A DNA stretch of 64,000 nucleotides from Botryllus schlosseri (lineage: Eukaryota): the NCBI GenBank assembly GCA_051294905.1, contig CM119372.1, positions 7,752,001 to 7,816,000 of the forward strand, given 5' to 3'. The translations under genes were made by a program, and so were the position numbers. Of this stretch, positions 1 through 12,743 are shown piece by piece (positions within the stretch are counted from its first letter, which is position 1; every line of letters starts with the position of its first letter). The notes under the pieces were generated by a model that made no database searches, had not been told where the DNA came from, and saw nothing but the letters and a program-made list of their open reading frames with translations.

Positions 1-680
1 ACGTCACCAGCAGGAAATGAGATCTCAAATAGGAGAGCGTTCAATGTACTATTGCAGTGGTTCCCAACCTTTTTTTAGACACGCTCCCCTTTATGATAGT
101 GAAAAATTTCGCGCACCCCTTATCGTCATATCACAAAATCCAACGAGGATGCTGGCAACCCCAACAGATTGTTTGATGGCATGGAAGGTTATGAGTGTTG
201 ATGAGAGAATTAAAAAATATGAAAATCGGTATCTATATAGAGAAACACGCGTGAATTGGAGGAAAATCGCGCAGAGCGCGAAAACTTTTTTCAGTTGAGC
301 GCTTCTTCGCGCCCCCTTCAGATGCTTTCACGCCCCCAGGTTGGGAACCACTGTACTATTGTAAGATGGTATACGAACTCCTTTTGTAGACAAAGCCTGG
401 GCTGATGTATTTTGATAAAGGTCGACTCCAAGGCACACAGATGAAAGTTAGAGCGGCCCCTTCCGATGACGCGAAATCTGTCGCCTCGATAATTTTTCGC
501 ACAAGCACGATTGTCCAACAGATGTTGGCCAATGGCAGAGTTTATGGCCTTTGATCGCTCGACATCAAGCTTAAGTGGATGAGACAAGGGTGAGCTTTTC
601 ACCGAGCGTGATGCACGTGTTCTGATAAATCTAGGGACATGGTAGTTCTTCAACACGTAAAGACGTGCTTCCTGCACTTC
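1..680 (-). mobile_element. Penelope-like retroelement 3' remnant (GIY-YIG endonuclease C-terminus), interrupted by a MITE
   Basis: ORF 318-677 reads SAIGQHLLDN..C..NY..DRFRVIGRGRSNFHLCALESTFIKIHQPRLC.QKEF, typical of the PLE GIY-YIG tail. After removing MITE 55-353 the frame ends IVH*, and bases 1-40 match the 3' UTR of the second copy at 992 onward. Confidence 0.7.
55..353. mobile_element. hAT/Charlie-like MITE
   Basis: TIRs CAGTGGTTCCCAACC...GGTTGGGAACCACTG; 8-bp TSD TACTATTG at 47-54 and 354-361. Confidence 0.9.
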
Positions 681-748
681 AACAAAGTAATGTATAGTGT
701 AAGAATTTAAGTGCCACTGTGGTTGTGGCTAAGTCGGAAGAACGATGG

Positions 749-1160
749 CAATGTACTATTTTTAGGTGATACACGAACTCCTTTTGTTGACAGAGTTTTG
801 GTTGGTGTATTTTGATAAAAGTTGATTCCAAGGCACACAAATGGAATTGTGAACGGCCTCGATTTCGAATCGTAGGTCGAGGCCGTTCACAATTCCATTT
901 GTGTGCCTTGGAATCAACTTTTATCAAAATACACCAACCAAAACTCTGTCAACAAAAGGAGTTCGTGTATCACCTAAAAATAGTACATTGAACGCTCTCT
1001 CATTAGAAATTTCATGCTGGTGACGTCATATTTTGTGATACGATTGTTGATATACAATGTTCTTTCCAATTCTCTACTAGTTGCTGACGATTACCCCTGA
1101 CAAGTGTCAGCCGAAAATATTCGGGTTCATTTCAATATGAATATACTATTTAATTGTAAA
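749..1160 (+). mobile_element. Second Penelope-like 3' fragment with a perfect 5' inversion
   Basis: 877-991 encodes RGRSQFHLCALESTFIKIHQPKLCQQKEFVYHLKIVH*; 749-862 is the exact reverse complement of 877-990; the 3' UTR follows. Confidence 0.7.
1093..1126 (+). ncRNA. Minimal type I hammerhead ribozyme-like motif (degenerate) in the PLE 3' region
   Basis: ACCC-CTGACAAG-TGTCAGC-CGAAA-ATAT-TC-GGGT: core CUGANGA has one mismatch here, followed by GAAA, a palindromic ATAT, the UC site and a 4-bp helix I. Confidence 0.4.
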
Positions 1161-1259
1161 TCACATTATAAAATGTATTATACATAAATATCCGGATTCC
1201 CTGGATAGCATTCTTCTCTTTAATTGGTTATACTTACAGGCGATCTAGCATTTTTGAGG

Positions 1260-1672
1260 TAGGGTTACCATAGTTTGAAAATCTGAAATGAGGACACTTT
1301 TTCAAAATTTCCAGACTTACGATACTGGAGTAAAATCCGGAAAAAATGGTAAATTTTTCCCGACTTTATGGTTGGTTGACTGAAAAAAAAAAAAAATGTC
1401 ATTTTTGCGACTCGACTCCAGTAATATACACTTCAATCGAATTCTCCGTCGGTTTACTAAAAAAAGGTCAACATTCCGGATCAACTCCCGAAATACCCGC
1501 CGGACCGTTACTTGAGTATTGATTTCCTATACATCAATCGAATTGTTACTTATATTTAACCAAAAGAGGACATTTCGGCGTCCTCCGAGGACACTTTCAA
1601 AAAGAGTTTTAAAAAAAGAGGACAAATCCTCTTAAGAGGATTTTGCTTCTAAGAGGACGTATGGTAGCCCTA
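1260..1672. mobile_element. hAT-type MITE (TAGGGTTACCAT termini, GAGGAC subterminal repeats)
   Basis: TIR TAGGGTTACCATA...TATGGTAGCCCTA; degenerate TSD TTTTGAGG/ATTTAAGG; paralogue at 23604-24054. Confidence 0.8.
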
Positions 1673-4600
1673 ATTTAAGGTAGTATAATGTTTAGGGTCT
1701 AGAAGCCAAGACGTCCGATCGGTCATTTGCAGCGGCAGACGTATGATCTCTTTCGAATATCTTTTTCTTTGGTATTTATCGGCTACCCTTTCTTCATTCC
1801 GAACTTCTTCATCGGAGTCTGTGCTCGGACACACTGAGAGATCAGAGCTTGAATAAGATCCATACCCGCTTTTCAAAAATACGATTTCTTCGTCTTCATT
1901 GATTCGTGACGGTCTATGTTTGGTGTGCTTGGATTGGTGGCTCTTGGATTGGTAGACCTTCTCTAGCAACTTGACATGTATAAGCCGTCGTAGCCTAGAT
2001 ATTTCTGACAACTTTGACGAGTAAAGAACTTCCAGTCTGTGAAAATATATACGACGACTGTCAAAATTAAAGTAATCTGGTAAAAGATGTATATAGTTAT
2101 GTAGATGGGTAATTGGGCATCATCACCTGAGCATATCGTCCGCTTCGAAAATACTTCGATGTTTCCGCAGCACATCGATCCGAATCAAACCTTTCTCTAT
2201 GCTTTTCATTTCACGTATTGCCACCATCAATTGTTTAGAGAGTTGTTGAACTTCCAGAGAGCTTTGCAGGATACCTGACTGAGTACGGTGCCTTTCGAGC
2301 GTTTCACTAGCTTCTTTGATTGTTTCCCTCAGCTGCCGTATAGTTGATTCACGTTGCTGAAGCCTTTTAATTGATTAGGTTATATATGATCAAAATGTCA
2401 TCCATAGTTCAAAATGAAACAGTGACCGTTCTGATATACCACCTATAATAGTTGTCCTAGCGCAAACGAGCTCTCATGTGTCATATCTTACTTTAACCTT
2501 CCCAGCTCAATTTTCTTCTTCATGGCAAATGTCTTCTGCGTGAGGTCCTCGATTGCCCTTCTCTTCTCGAGATCCAGAGAACTTACCTTTGCCTTCAATT
2601 CTATTACTTCGACTCTATTCTGCAAAAAAAAAAAAAAGTTGATCAATAGCACGTTAAATCACGACCTCACTTTCCATGACCTTTGCTCAGAAGTATAGGA
2701 GTAAATGCTTCTCCGATAGATTTAAAATGATCGATATATGTAGCCTATCTGATATGAATGACATCTGAGCTATGATATAGCGCTTACCTGCTTTTCCATT
2801 AGCTCAATTTCGCAGCGTACCGTTCCAATTTCGCTGCGCATTTCATTTATGATCGCATTACGTAAATTTTTCTCTTCCTCCCAGTTCTGCCTTTCTTCCA
2901 GCGCCTGGGGATTTTGCCCATCGTCATTTTCTGTTCCGGGAGTCATTGCCGTTTCGGCATCTGCCATTATGACTCTTGATTCTGCCCAATTATCCTTTCC
3001 TTTTGCAATCTAGGAGAAAATAGGAGTGGTTAAGGTTCGGGAGCGAGAAAGAGAGTGACATTAAATACTACATAGGCATTGACACAAAAAGGGCATTCGA
3101 CCAAAAAAGTACAGGTCAGGTAAGTACCTTGCTTTTCAATTCGATCTCAGTCGCCTTGATAGCGTCTGCTCTAGCTTGCTTTATCTTGGCGTCAACCTTG
3201 ATGGCTTGAATGATTTTCGTGCGTATGGCACTTCTTTCGAAACTATTGATGGAATTAGACGTACGTCTGTTAATGGACCTACATAGCCTACTTATCTCGT
3301 GTAAAATGAACTTGAGGAACCTTTTTTTCAGTTTGCTGATTTCTCGCTCCCGCTGCTCGTCGGACTGCTGAAGAGTTACCGTCATTTGCTTCAACTTCTT
3401 TTCGAGTGCGACGCTTCTGTTATTGCTTTCCATCGCCATCTGTTGCAGTTTTTCATCTCTTTCCTGTTCAAATGTAAATACTGTGACGTCACTGATCGTT
3501 TGAATAATACGAAAGTGTTAAAATTGTCAAACCCCCGTATGTACGGTTGCATTTAAAACAAAAATGAATTTAATGCAAAGATGTTTAAAACAGGGCACTT
3601 GTTTCAAATATTTTTTTTCAGTCATTGCGTCAGGAATCTTTAATTGTGACGTCACCGCGGATTGAAGTTGTTGTGTGGTTCCCAAAGATTATAATCGAAA
3701 ATATAAGGTCAACATGGGTCCTTTAACGAGAAAGGTTTCCGAGCCTTGTCTTGAACGGGCCAGAAAATATATTTGAGGAGAACTAAATCGCCATTTAACA
3801 TTTTACGGTGGTCGGTCATCATCATCAGAAGAGCCATTCCGTTCCAGTTACCATATTTTTGTGGCTCAAATTTCGGACATTATCTGTCACAGTATCAAAG
3901 CTTTGCCTATCAAATTTATACAGAAGTGGAACTATGGTTGCATCTAAAACAAACGGTGTTTTAAAACACTTTGTTTAAAACCTGCTTTACACAGTGTTTT
4001 AAACAAAAAGGCCTTTTTGAAAAACAACAAAATTGTGTTTTCGAGGTATATCGATATGGGATGGTTGGAACCCTAAAAACAGTCAGTTCAACAATATAAT
4101 AGTACATATATTTTGTCAAAGGAGCTATATTTACCCTATATTTTCAATTTTCAATGTCAATCCACTATGACGTCACAACTGAATATTCGTCGCGTCATGG
4201 CTTGAAAAAAACACAAAAAAAAACATTAAAAGACATGTTTTAAATTAGGGTCTTGTTTCAAACATGTTTGTTTTACAATGATTTTTGTTTTAAATGCAAC
4301 CCTAAGTGGAAAATAGGTCCTGAGTTTGGCCATCTCTATGCGAGCTCAGATGATTGCTGTTATAGTGGTTTGTATTGTCATTTGGTCTGCAACAAATGTC
4401 GTCACGGGCCAGATGAAATTGTCTGCCGGCCCGCCGGTCGTGTGTTCAACAGCCCTGCTATAATGTTAGGTCACTGCATCAAAGTGGTTGTGTGTTGTAA
4501 CAAGCACCGAAACAACATTTGCTCAGCCCCCTCCCGGCCCCCCAAAAAAAACAAACACTGATAATGGCCCTCCATAGGGTAAACTATGTAACTTCTAGGA

Positions 4601-6114
4601 TGCTTACTGAATGCATCTGCTGGTTGTTAAATTTTGTGAATGAATTCCGTCAATAACATCAGTTCCTCCATGTATTACTAAAAAAATTGAATCTCTCTCC
4701 TCCCAAGTGTTCGGAGTTAGCTGTACAGAGCTGGTGGTGGATGAACATGAAGATGAAATATTATTTCTTTTGTGGTAACTATATGCCCGTCGGCCATGCT
4801 AGAGTGCATATAGCACTGTACTGACGTAAAGTTTTAAGTACATAGTTGTTAAACTGTGTGGCCTATTTTATCTTGATATTGGATTCATGCGGACCGCGGC
4901 CTCTAAGAAATATGAAAAGTGGCCCGTGACACGTTTTGAGTTGGCGACCCCTGTCCCCTAATCTAGTGCAAAGTCGTGCCAATGATCATGCCACATTCTT
5001 TATCGAAAGTATTTACTCAATTATGACATAATTATTCAACTTTTCCAAAAAAATGTGTTGTTTGCATGTGTCTTTGCTTCGCCATTTAACTGTAAAATAA
5101 ATTCTATCTCATAGGAAAGAGGAGCTATTTACGCCGTGAGGCAGGGAGCGTCTAACTAAAGTTAATCTGCCTGGCCAATCCAAATAATAATTTCCGTACC
5201 TTGTAAATATCAATTATTGGTTGCGTTTCAACTTCCAACCGTCGTAGTTTTGTTTTCAGATCTCTTGTTTCAACTTCGCTCTTCTTCGTTGACGTATCCG
5301 CAATGGTCAACAGCTCGCGTATTTTCACTTCCGCTTTCGTCCTTTCCTCTTCCATCTGTCGAATGAGAGCTGTGCTGATGCTAAAGAGAGTCTCATATAG
5401 TAATTTGATTGCGGTAAATATATCATGGCGAGTTATTTGATACACATTTACGACAGGATCAACTTAATAATAATAAGAAGGCAGCATCTTACTTCTCTTT
5501 ATCACGTTTCAATTGTTCGTTTTCCGTCTTTAAGTCTGAAATCACCGCCTCGAAATTTCTGGTACTCGCATATAATTTTTCATACTTGCCTCTCCATATT
5601 TGCACTAGTTTTATAAGTTTGTCTCGTTCACTTTCCTGAAACTGAACATATTTTCAAAAATTTACCACAAGTTAACTTCAATCTATTCAATTCAATACAA
5701 TTATTTTTATTTATCGCCGTTTTTCTGGTATTTTGAAGAGAGAGAGAGAGAGAGTCTTTATTTTCATCTAACCAAAGTAGGCCTACATAAAACACAGACG
5801 GCAATGATGGTGGTACAGAAAATATGCATGCACAGTATTCGGCATCAGATAGGAATGATCGATAGGACCGTGAAGGTCAACTGTAGTCTGATCACATCCG
5901 CATCAAACAGGTAGGCCTACACTTGACTCTATACAGCCTGGCTGTAAAAAATGTTAGTTAAAAAGGGAGAAGAAAAAGTAAACGATGGTAGCAAAAATAA
6001 ATGAAGACATGAAATTGCTAATAAAATGGTGCTGGTTATGAATCTGAATCGATTGAGGGATACCTGCACGGTTTCTTGAGACGCTATAGTTGACTTCGAC
6101 TTCGAGCGCTTCAT
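1670..6114 (-). CDS. Multi-exon uncharacterised coiled-coil protein
   Basis: In-frame GT-AG splicing of 6114-6064 (MKRSKSKSTIASQETVQ), 5635-5493, 5374-5200 and 3463-~3320. Further approximate exons lie near 3232-3128, 3009-2788, 2620-2490, 2365-2274 and 2034-1670. Heptad-like, E/K/R/L-rich; no family recognised. Confidence 0.65.
3933..4304. mobile_element. hAT-type MITE (TAGGGTTGCATTTAAAAC family)
   Basis: TIRs ..GGTTGCATCTAAAAC / TTTTAAATGCAACCCTA; TSD AGTGGAAC/AGTGGAAA. Other copies at ~3542-3640, ~7963-8537 and 9924-10234. Confidence 0.75.
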
Positions 6115-6649
6115 GTTCTCTATGTCTGCATATTACGGCGGACAAAGCACGCAAGCATGAGCTTCTTAAAATGTAACCCACGGTCCCAGCTTGTTTCGAT
6201 GTGTTTGTGACAACATCGGTGACATTTGTATTATTCAGAGCACTAAGCCGATCATGAATAATTAACTTATCGCCACAAATGCGAAAAGAATTGCTCTGAC
6301 GAACAATTCTATAGATATAATCCTTCCCTATACCTATAGACCAGAACCATACATCGGGAGGCGTGCGCATGGGCAATTATATGTAAATTGAATATACGCA
6401 GATGCGCTTCTAAAGCATAGTTTTCGTCCCCCTCCACGAAGTGAAAGAATTTTGAATGCATATTGATTCCTTTTGTTCCCTCGCGCAGTTGCTAATGTGG
6501 AATGGTTCCTATTCTATATGAGACGCAAAGTGGATGTATACTGTAGGCTACATTGTACAATTTCGCTTGACTTGATCGTTCGTGTTCTCTCTTCCTTTCT
6601 TGAACTAAACATCCCCTGGTCGGTATCCATGCAACTCAAGTCTAAACTT

Positions 6650-6778
6650 ATCATCATTGGTTTATTAGCAAATTTTATCCGTTCAGTACACCACAAAATG
6701 CGATACAACGAAAAGATAGGAAGGTGTCGAAGCGACTTGGAGTAGTCTATGGAATCAGACACCCACCTTGGCCTTATA
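6650..6778 (-). repeat. Dispersed repeat, probable LINE/SINE 3' fragment
   Basis: Shared motif GAAAAGATAGGAAGGTGTCGAA..CTTGGAGTAG..TCAGACACCCACC also at ~15570-15780, ~45300-45500 and ~55980-56180. Confidence 0.6.
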
Positions 6779-7148
6779 TGTGTTGTTTGAAGAAAAACTT
6801 GGTTTGGATACCATTCCACTTCCTCTATATACAGCTGTACATCCAATTTCTTTGCGATCACGAGACGGACGATTTATTTGTTTTTATTGCAACATCTGAT
6901 GGTAAACGATACTAAAAATTGCGACAGTCACTATCAAAACAGTTACAGCACCAAGTACGAATTGCCGAATTCCATAATGTCGACGGACATCAGTTCGTGA
7001 AATGTGACTAAAACTTGAAACACCATAATTTTCGCGATTTTGTGTCAGCTTTATTTCCTGAAAATGCAAAAAAAGTTATAAATCGAAATTGAAATTGTAT
7101 GAAGTCGAGGACAGTTAAATATTGTACGTAACAAGGGGGAGGCATATA

Positions 7149-7810
7149 CAGGGTTGTAACCAAGTCAAAAGGCTCCGAGTCACAAGTCAACCTCACTTTA
7201 TAGTTTTGACTCGAGTCAAGTCGAATCATTTTCAATGCACCACCGAGTCAAGTCCGAGTCCAAGTCAGCGATCAGAGGGTCGAGTCCGAGTCATGGTATT
7301 ATGACTCGAGTCCGAGTCCGAGTCATTGTATTGACTGCTCTTTTTTCCGTTAAAGTCTCGTTAAATCCACTTTTTGTAACTCTGTTTGGTGATATCGAAT
7401 GGTTCGCATTTATAAATAATAATTTTTCTGACTTTTAGCAGCTTCTGGTCGCATTTTCAAGTACCAGTACCAATAGACGAAATCCCAATAGTCTGGCTCT
7501 ATTACAATTCTTCGAAATTACAATGAAATGTCGGTCTTGGCCGTCTGAGTCTCGAGTCATGTGACTTGGTCCGAGTTATGCGCAATGACTCGAGTCCAAG
7601 TCGAGTCGATACACAAATTGACTCGAGTCGAGTCGAGTCATTTCCGTATTTTGAGAAAATGACTCGAGCCAAGTCGAGTCATCAAAAGATCGTGACTCGA
7701 GTCATTAGTAATGACTTTTATGGATCACCCTCTATTGAACAATCCCAATACACTTCACAAGCAACATTGATGTTATATGCCCAGGGTTGTAATGACTCAT
7801 TACAACCCTG
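7149..7810. mobile_element. hAT-type MITE with GACTCGAGTC repeats
   Basis: TIR CAGGGTTGTAA...TTACAACCCTG; 8-bp TSD GGCATATA at 7141-7148 and 7811-7818; related copy at 59966-60294. Confidence 0.85.
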
Positions 7811-8701
7811 GGCATATAACATCAATGTTGCTTGTGAAGTGTATTGGGATTGTTCAATAGAGGGTGATCCATAAAAGTGCATTGAAGCGTCACACACAGC
7901 AGACTTGTCGGAAATGCTGATAAATACTGTGTCATCCCAATTAGCCTCCCACGTTTCTCATCTATGCGTTGCATTTAAAACAGGGGGTGTTTTAAAACAC
8001 GTTTTGAATCTTCTTTAAAGAAATGCTTTTTAAATTTTTGTTAAAGTTGTATAATTATGTCATAACTGCGTAAATACTTTCGAAAAAACATGTAATGAGC
8101 TTATTTCGGACGACTTGCAGTAAATTGTCGACGCCTGCAAGATGGAATGGTTGGAACCTTGGGAATCGTTGTAGTTTCACAGGTTAAAGCACGTCGTCAA
8201 TACTCTGGAATGTAATGGATGATCCGATAATGATGATCGCCAACCGTAAAAATGCCTTACGGTGTAGTTCTGGTCATACATATTTTTGACCCATTTATGA
8301 CAGGGGTCGGAAACCTTTTTCGCCAAAGGAGCATTATTGACTCTGTATTTTGAATTATAATTCTCAAGGAGACGTGTAACAATGTCAATCCACTGTGATG
8401 TCACAATTGATGATTCGTGACATCGTGGTTAAAAAAAGCAAAAAAGAAACAAACAAGCAATAAAACTTGTTTCAAATAAGGCCCATGTTTTAAACCTGTT
8501 TGTTCTAAATTGATTTTGTTTTAAATGCGCAACGCTATCTGCAATCGTGCATGGCTATATCGGCGAAGCTTCTCGCTATATGTGACATTGGCTATAGTCA
8601 GGTCAGTGATACAGTTAATAACAAACATATTTCCCGTGGATGCAAAGTTCATGTTCACCCAAGAGTTCCAGTGTGTGAAGTTAATCCGGTATGACCGTGA
8701 C

Positions 8702-10940
8702 CAGGGCCGTAGCCAGGAGGTTTCGGGGGTCGACCCCCTTTTTTGAAACGCGAAGCCCCGTCCTTTGAAATGACCATTCTGATGCTAATATTCAGTTGCA
8801 ATTCAATAAGTCGTATTATCAGTGTTGCGTGCGGCCAATTAGCGAGAAGCGTGTTGCCAATTAGCGAGATTCGTCTGTGCAGTGTGCACGACTGCACGAC
8901 GCACGGGCACGATGTAGCTCGACGCGATCTCCCGCTGAGATGATCGCGAAATTTAATTAAATCATTGAATAACATTGATTGGCGTGCGCTCGGCAATCGT
9001 CGCTGGCCTGATTAATCGCGTCTCCAACTATAGATAAATAACCTCTAACCTCCGTGGGTTAGTTATACTCCATCATGCCTAATTCCGCAGGCTTGAAAAA
9101 TCGCATCTGGAATAGGCCCGGTGCGCACTATACCATCGCTGACCTAATCGCATATGCATTGGTATGGCGCGCACGATATCATCGCTGGCCTACAAAATCA
9201 CACCAGCGATAGGCCTGGTACGAAAGATATCATCGCTGGTCTAATTATCGTGTCTCGGGTCTAGCAGGCTTTGAGTCTTATCTTTCGATGACTTGGAGAC
9301 AATGCCGTAAGTGCATGCTGATTAGCGATTGTGAATAAAGACATCGCGAAACTGAATGACATCGAATGTCTGCAAACATGTGTGTGGGTCTCCCTGTGCG
9401 TCGGTGTTGGGATGACTCGAGTCACTTTTTTCGCGTGACTTGACTTGACTCGAGTCACTTTGCAAAAATGACTTGACTTGACTCGGCGTTTCAGAAATGC
9501 GGATTGACTCGTGACTCGGAGCAAAATTTACGAGTCAATTGCAAGTCATCAAGTAACGGTGTCGATAAAAATGGCTGATCTTGCAAATATCCGTATTGTT
9601 CGCGATACGCTAGTGTGACATGTGAGAGTGAGCAATCACTCAGTGATTGTGGATTTTACCGAGCCTCCATTGCTTTATCACAAATAAATTGACCGCAAAC
9701 GAAGTGATCGGAGCTTACAGCTTACGTTGTCGTAAACTAGTAGTAAATTAATTTAATGGCAAATTATCTTTATTCTATAGACTGCTCAGTGCCCGTTGTG
9801 GTCGGTACCTACCTTAACCAAACGTCTTGTATAAATTAAATCGAATTTTAGTATAGTTCATCAGTTTATACTCGTCAACCATCGGCGCAGGCTTAACTTG
9901 TATCCCACGGATGGGTATATAGGTAGGGTTGCATTTAAAACAAACGGTGTTTTAAAACACTTAAAACAACATGTTTTAAACAGTGTTTTAAACAAAGGCC
10001 GTGTAAAAAAATTGTGTTTTTCAAGTTGTAAAATTATGCCGTACAGATATTTCGTCAAAGGAACTATATTTACCCTATATTCTTAATTGCTGATGTCAAA
10101 CCACTATGATGTCACAATTGAATACTTGTGACGTCATGGTTTCGAAAAAACAAAAACAAAAAAGCATGTTTTAAATTATGGCCTTGTTTTAAACGTGTTT
10201 GTTTTAATTTGATTTTTGTTTCAAATGCAACCCTTATCTAGGTGGCTAGCGTATTGCATCATAAGGTTTCGTATTCTATTCTCTATATATTGGCTGATAA
10301 ATTATGGACTGAGGCTATACAGTTACTTATAGGTAGTTTAACAGTTCTACGTATGCGTGAGCGATACGTATTTTTTCATATTTATTTAACTCTATATTCG
10401 TCCCTCGATACAAATTTCAAATGGCAACTTTCAAACAGCTATCAAAATGCAATGACGTAATTATGCCTCGTACTTCGAAGAATCAACATGACTTGAATTG
10501 TGACTTGACTGGTGACTTGACTCGACTTGACTCGAGTCACCTCCAAAAATCGAGTGACTTGACTTGACTCGTGTCGTGTCACCTTCAAATATCGACTGAC
10601 TTGACTCGAGTCGAAATGTAAAATGACTTGAGATGACTCGTGACTCGAAGGTATAGTGACTTGATTCCAACACGTACGTACGTACTTGATTTCCGCTAAT
10701 TCTTAAACACAACCATCTGAAGAACCGTCTGAAATCGGTGCCATTGTAGAACAGATTCCATAACAACTCGGACATTTTGACTTTGCGCAAATCATCGCCG
10801 AGGCTACGTGATACGCGTTGACAGCACTTCCGGACTCGTTGGCAAAGCTTATCATACTTAACCCTAATGAATTGATGCAATATTAGTAAACTCGAAAAAA
10901 TCGAAACACCCCCCTTATTTTTCGGCTGGCTACGCGCCTA
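8702..10940. mobile_element. hAT-type non-autonomous element (CAGGCGCGTAGCC termini) with nested MITEs at 9402-10674 and 9924-10234
   Basis: Ends and internal sequence are collinear with the copy at 34745-36289. The inner GACTCGAGTC MITE is itself split by a GGGTTGCATTTAAAA MITE. Confidence 0.75.
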
Positions 10941-12377
10941 GGTGTGTCGTCACAACAAAATCGTCGAAAAAATCAGCTGCCTGCATATAATTCTACGTGG
11001 GCAGCGGGATAATAAAATGCATGACGAGATTCCTACGATATTGTGTTAGTAAATCATATCACTTACGTTCAAGTGATTGTTATCAATATTATCTTCCGCT
11101 CTGGTCAAACTGTTTTGCCTGGAAACAGATTGAAATTTTGCATTTGTGGTATACAGCTTTTCACCATGCTCTGCCGTCAAATCCCCAAGATTGTGACTTC
11201 CTCGGTCACAGAAACCAAAGACATAATTTCCCGGAGCAATAGTTTTTTCGCCGAGGCAATAACTGCAATTTCTTTGTCGAGATCCATTTAGCAGTGCCCC
11301 GCTCGCGAGAATATTTGTGCCGAATGACCAATTTCCATCCAAATGCCTCGACCAGCAGTGATGTTTTATGGTTTCGTTTTGATTGTTCGACCCAACACAG
11401 AAGCAATGCTTCCGAGGATTTAGTTTATTTAATTGCTTATCGCAATGATTACTGCGTGATTCGTTTCGGACCGATTCACAAGTATTCTTTGCCTTACTGG
11501 TGATTTCCTTTGGCTCAGTTTGACGAACCCAGCGAGTAACAGGAGCTTTCTTATTCCTTATCGGAGCATCATGTGAATTTTCCTGCCCGGTATCAAGACT
11601 GGTTGGCACAAGTCTCCTTTTTGTTATTACTTTTTCTGTAAATTTAAGACCATTCTTTTCCTTGGACTTGATATTGCTGCTTTTCCGCCTCTTAGGGAAT
11701 TTTGAGCTCTCGACCGCATTATTTGATCGTTTTTCAAAATCAGATATCCTTTTTGATATGTCATCAAACTTTGTGTCAGCAGTGGTTAGCATTGCGCGAC
11801 AAGACGGATTGCGGTTCTTACTCTTCATTACTCGCATCTGGCCCGCGGACTTCACCTCTCTATCACTTGGTACCCATCTTGAAAACGGAATTTCTGCTGC
11901 TTTCTCATACACCTTCAATCCTGATGAGGAAATCGGTCTTCGCGAAGTATTGCAGCGCACTTTGCTTGGAATGTCAGGCAAATTAACAGCATGATCGTTA
12001 TTAGGAAAAACCCGATTCTGCCTCTCACTCTCACGTGAATTCAAAATATGTCGAAGTATCGAAGATGGATCCATTTTTGAATTAATTTTGGGATAAAACG
12101 CAGCATTCCTGTATGCCTGGTGTACCACATTTCCTCCTTTCGGAATTTGACCAAAATTTCGCGAAAAGCAATGAAAACTGGTATTTATTTCGGGCTTTCT
12201 TTCATGCGCGCATATTTGTTCATTCCGTGCTTTACTGTACTGTTTACTTGACAGGTCGTTCCATGCATCGTTATGGAATGTACTACGCCTTGTCTGCAGT
12301 CTATTTTCAACTCCCACATTTGCTATATAGTTTGATGACGCTGGAACTCGACTACGGCTGTATTCTGATACATTCAT
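10930..12377 (-). CDS. Uncharacterised basic, S/N/R/K-rich protein (large first exon 12377-11067, short exon 10980-10930)
   Basis: 443-codon ATG-initiated ORF in AT-rich DNA; GTAAGT donor at 11066; TGCAG acceptor at 10981; in-frame continuation AADFFDDFVVTTHLGA*. No domain recognised. Confidence 0.55.
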
Positions 12378-12743
12378 ATTTGGCTATACTCCGTAGCCAG
12401 AATGTGTAACTAACAACCATACCGAGTTATACATTGCGATACTGCTAATGGCCAAATTTCGACTAATTTAATAAATTACGAGTAGGCCTATACAGACTAA
12501 TCGATACATCCGACACCAGTAAGTTAAAGGGCACCATTGGTGCATAACAGCGATAAGGGTATATAGTAGGCCTACTTGAGTGCACTTCATAATTTAGCCT
12601 ATTATCGACCTTCTATATGTACGTTTTAATTGGTCATATGTATAAAGATATGAGTCAGTTTTCAAAAATTCACCTTATGTTAGTTACACTTGAAGTTCAG
12701 AGTTGTCGGATATTTGCATCGCACAATGCATATTACTTACAAG

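Noticed and set aside
7235..7874. ORFs rich in VTRVKSS/RVRV repeats (also at 9261, 10461 and 19418)
   Set aside because: Translations of GACTCGAGTC MITE repeats, not genes.
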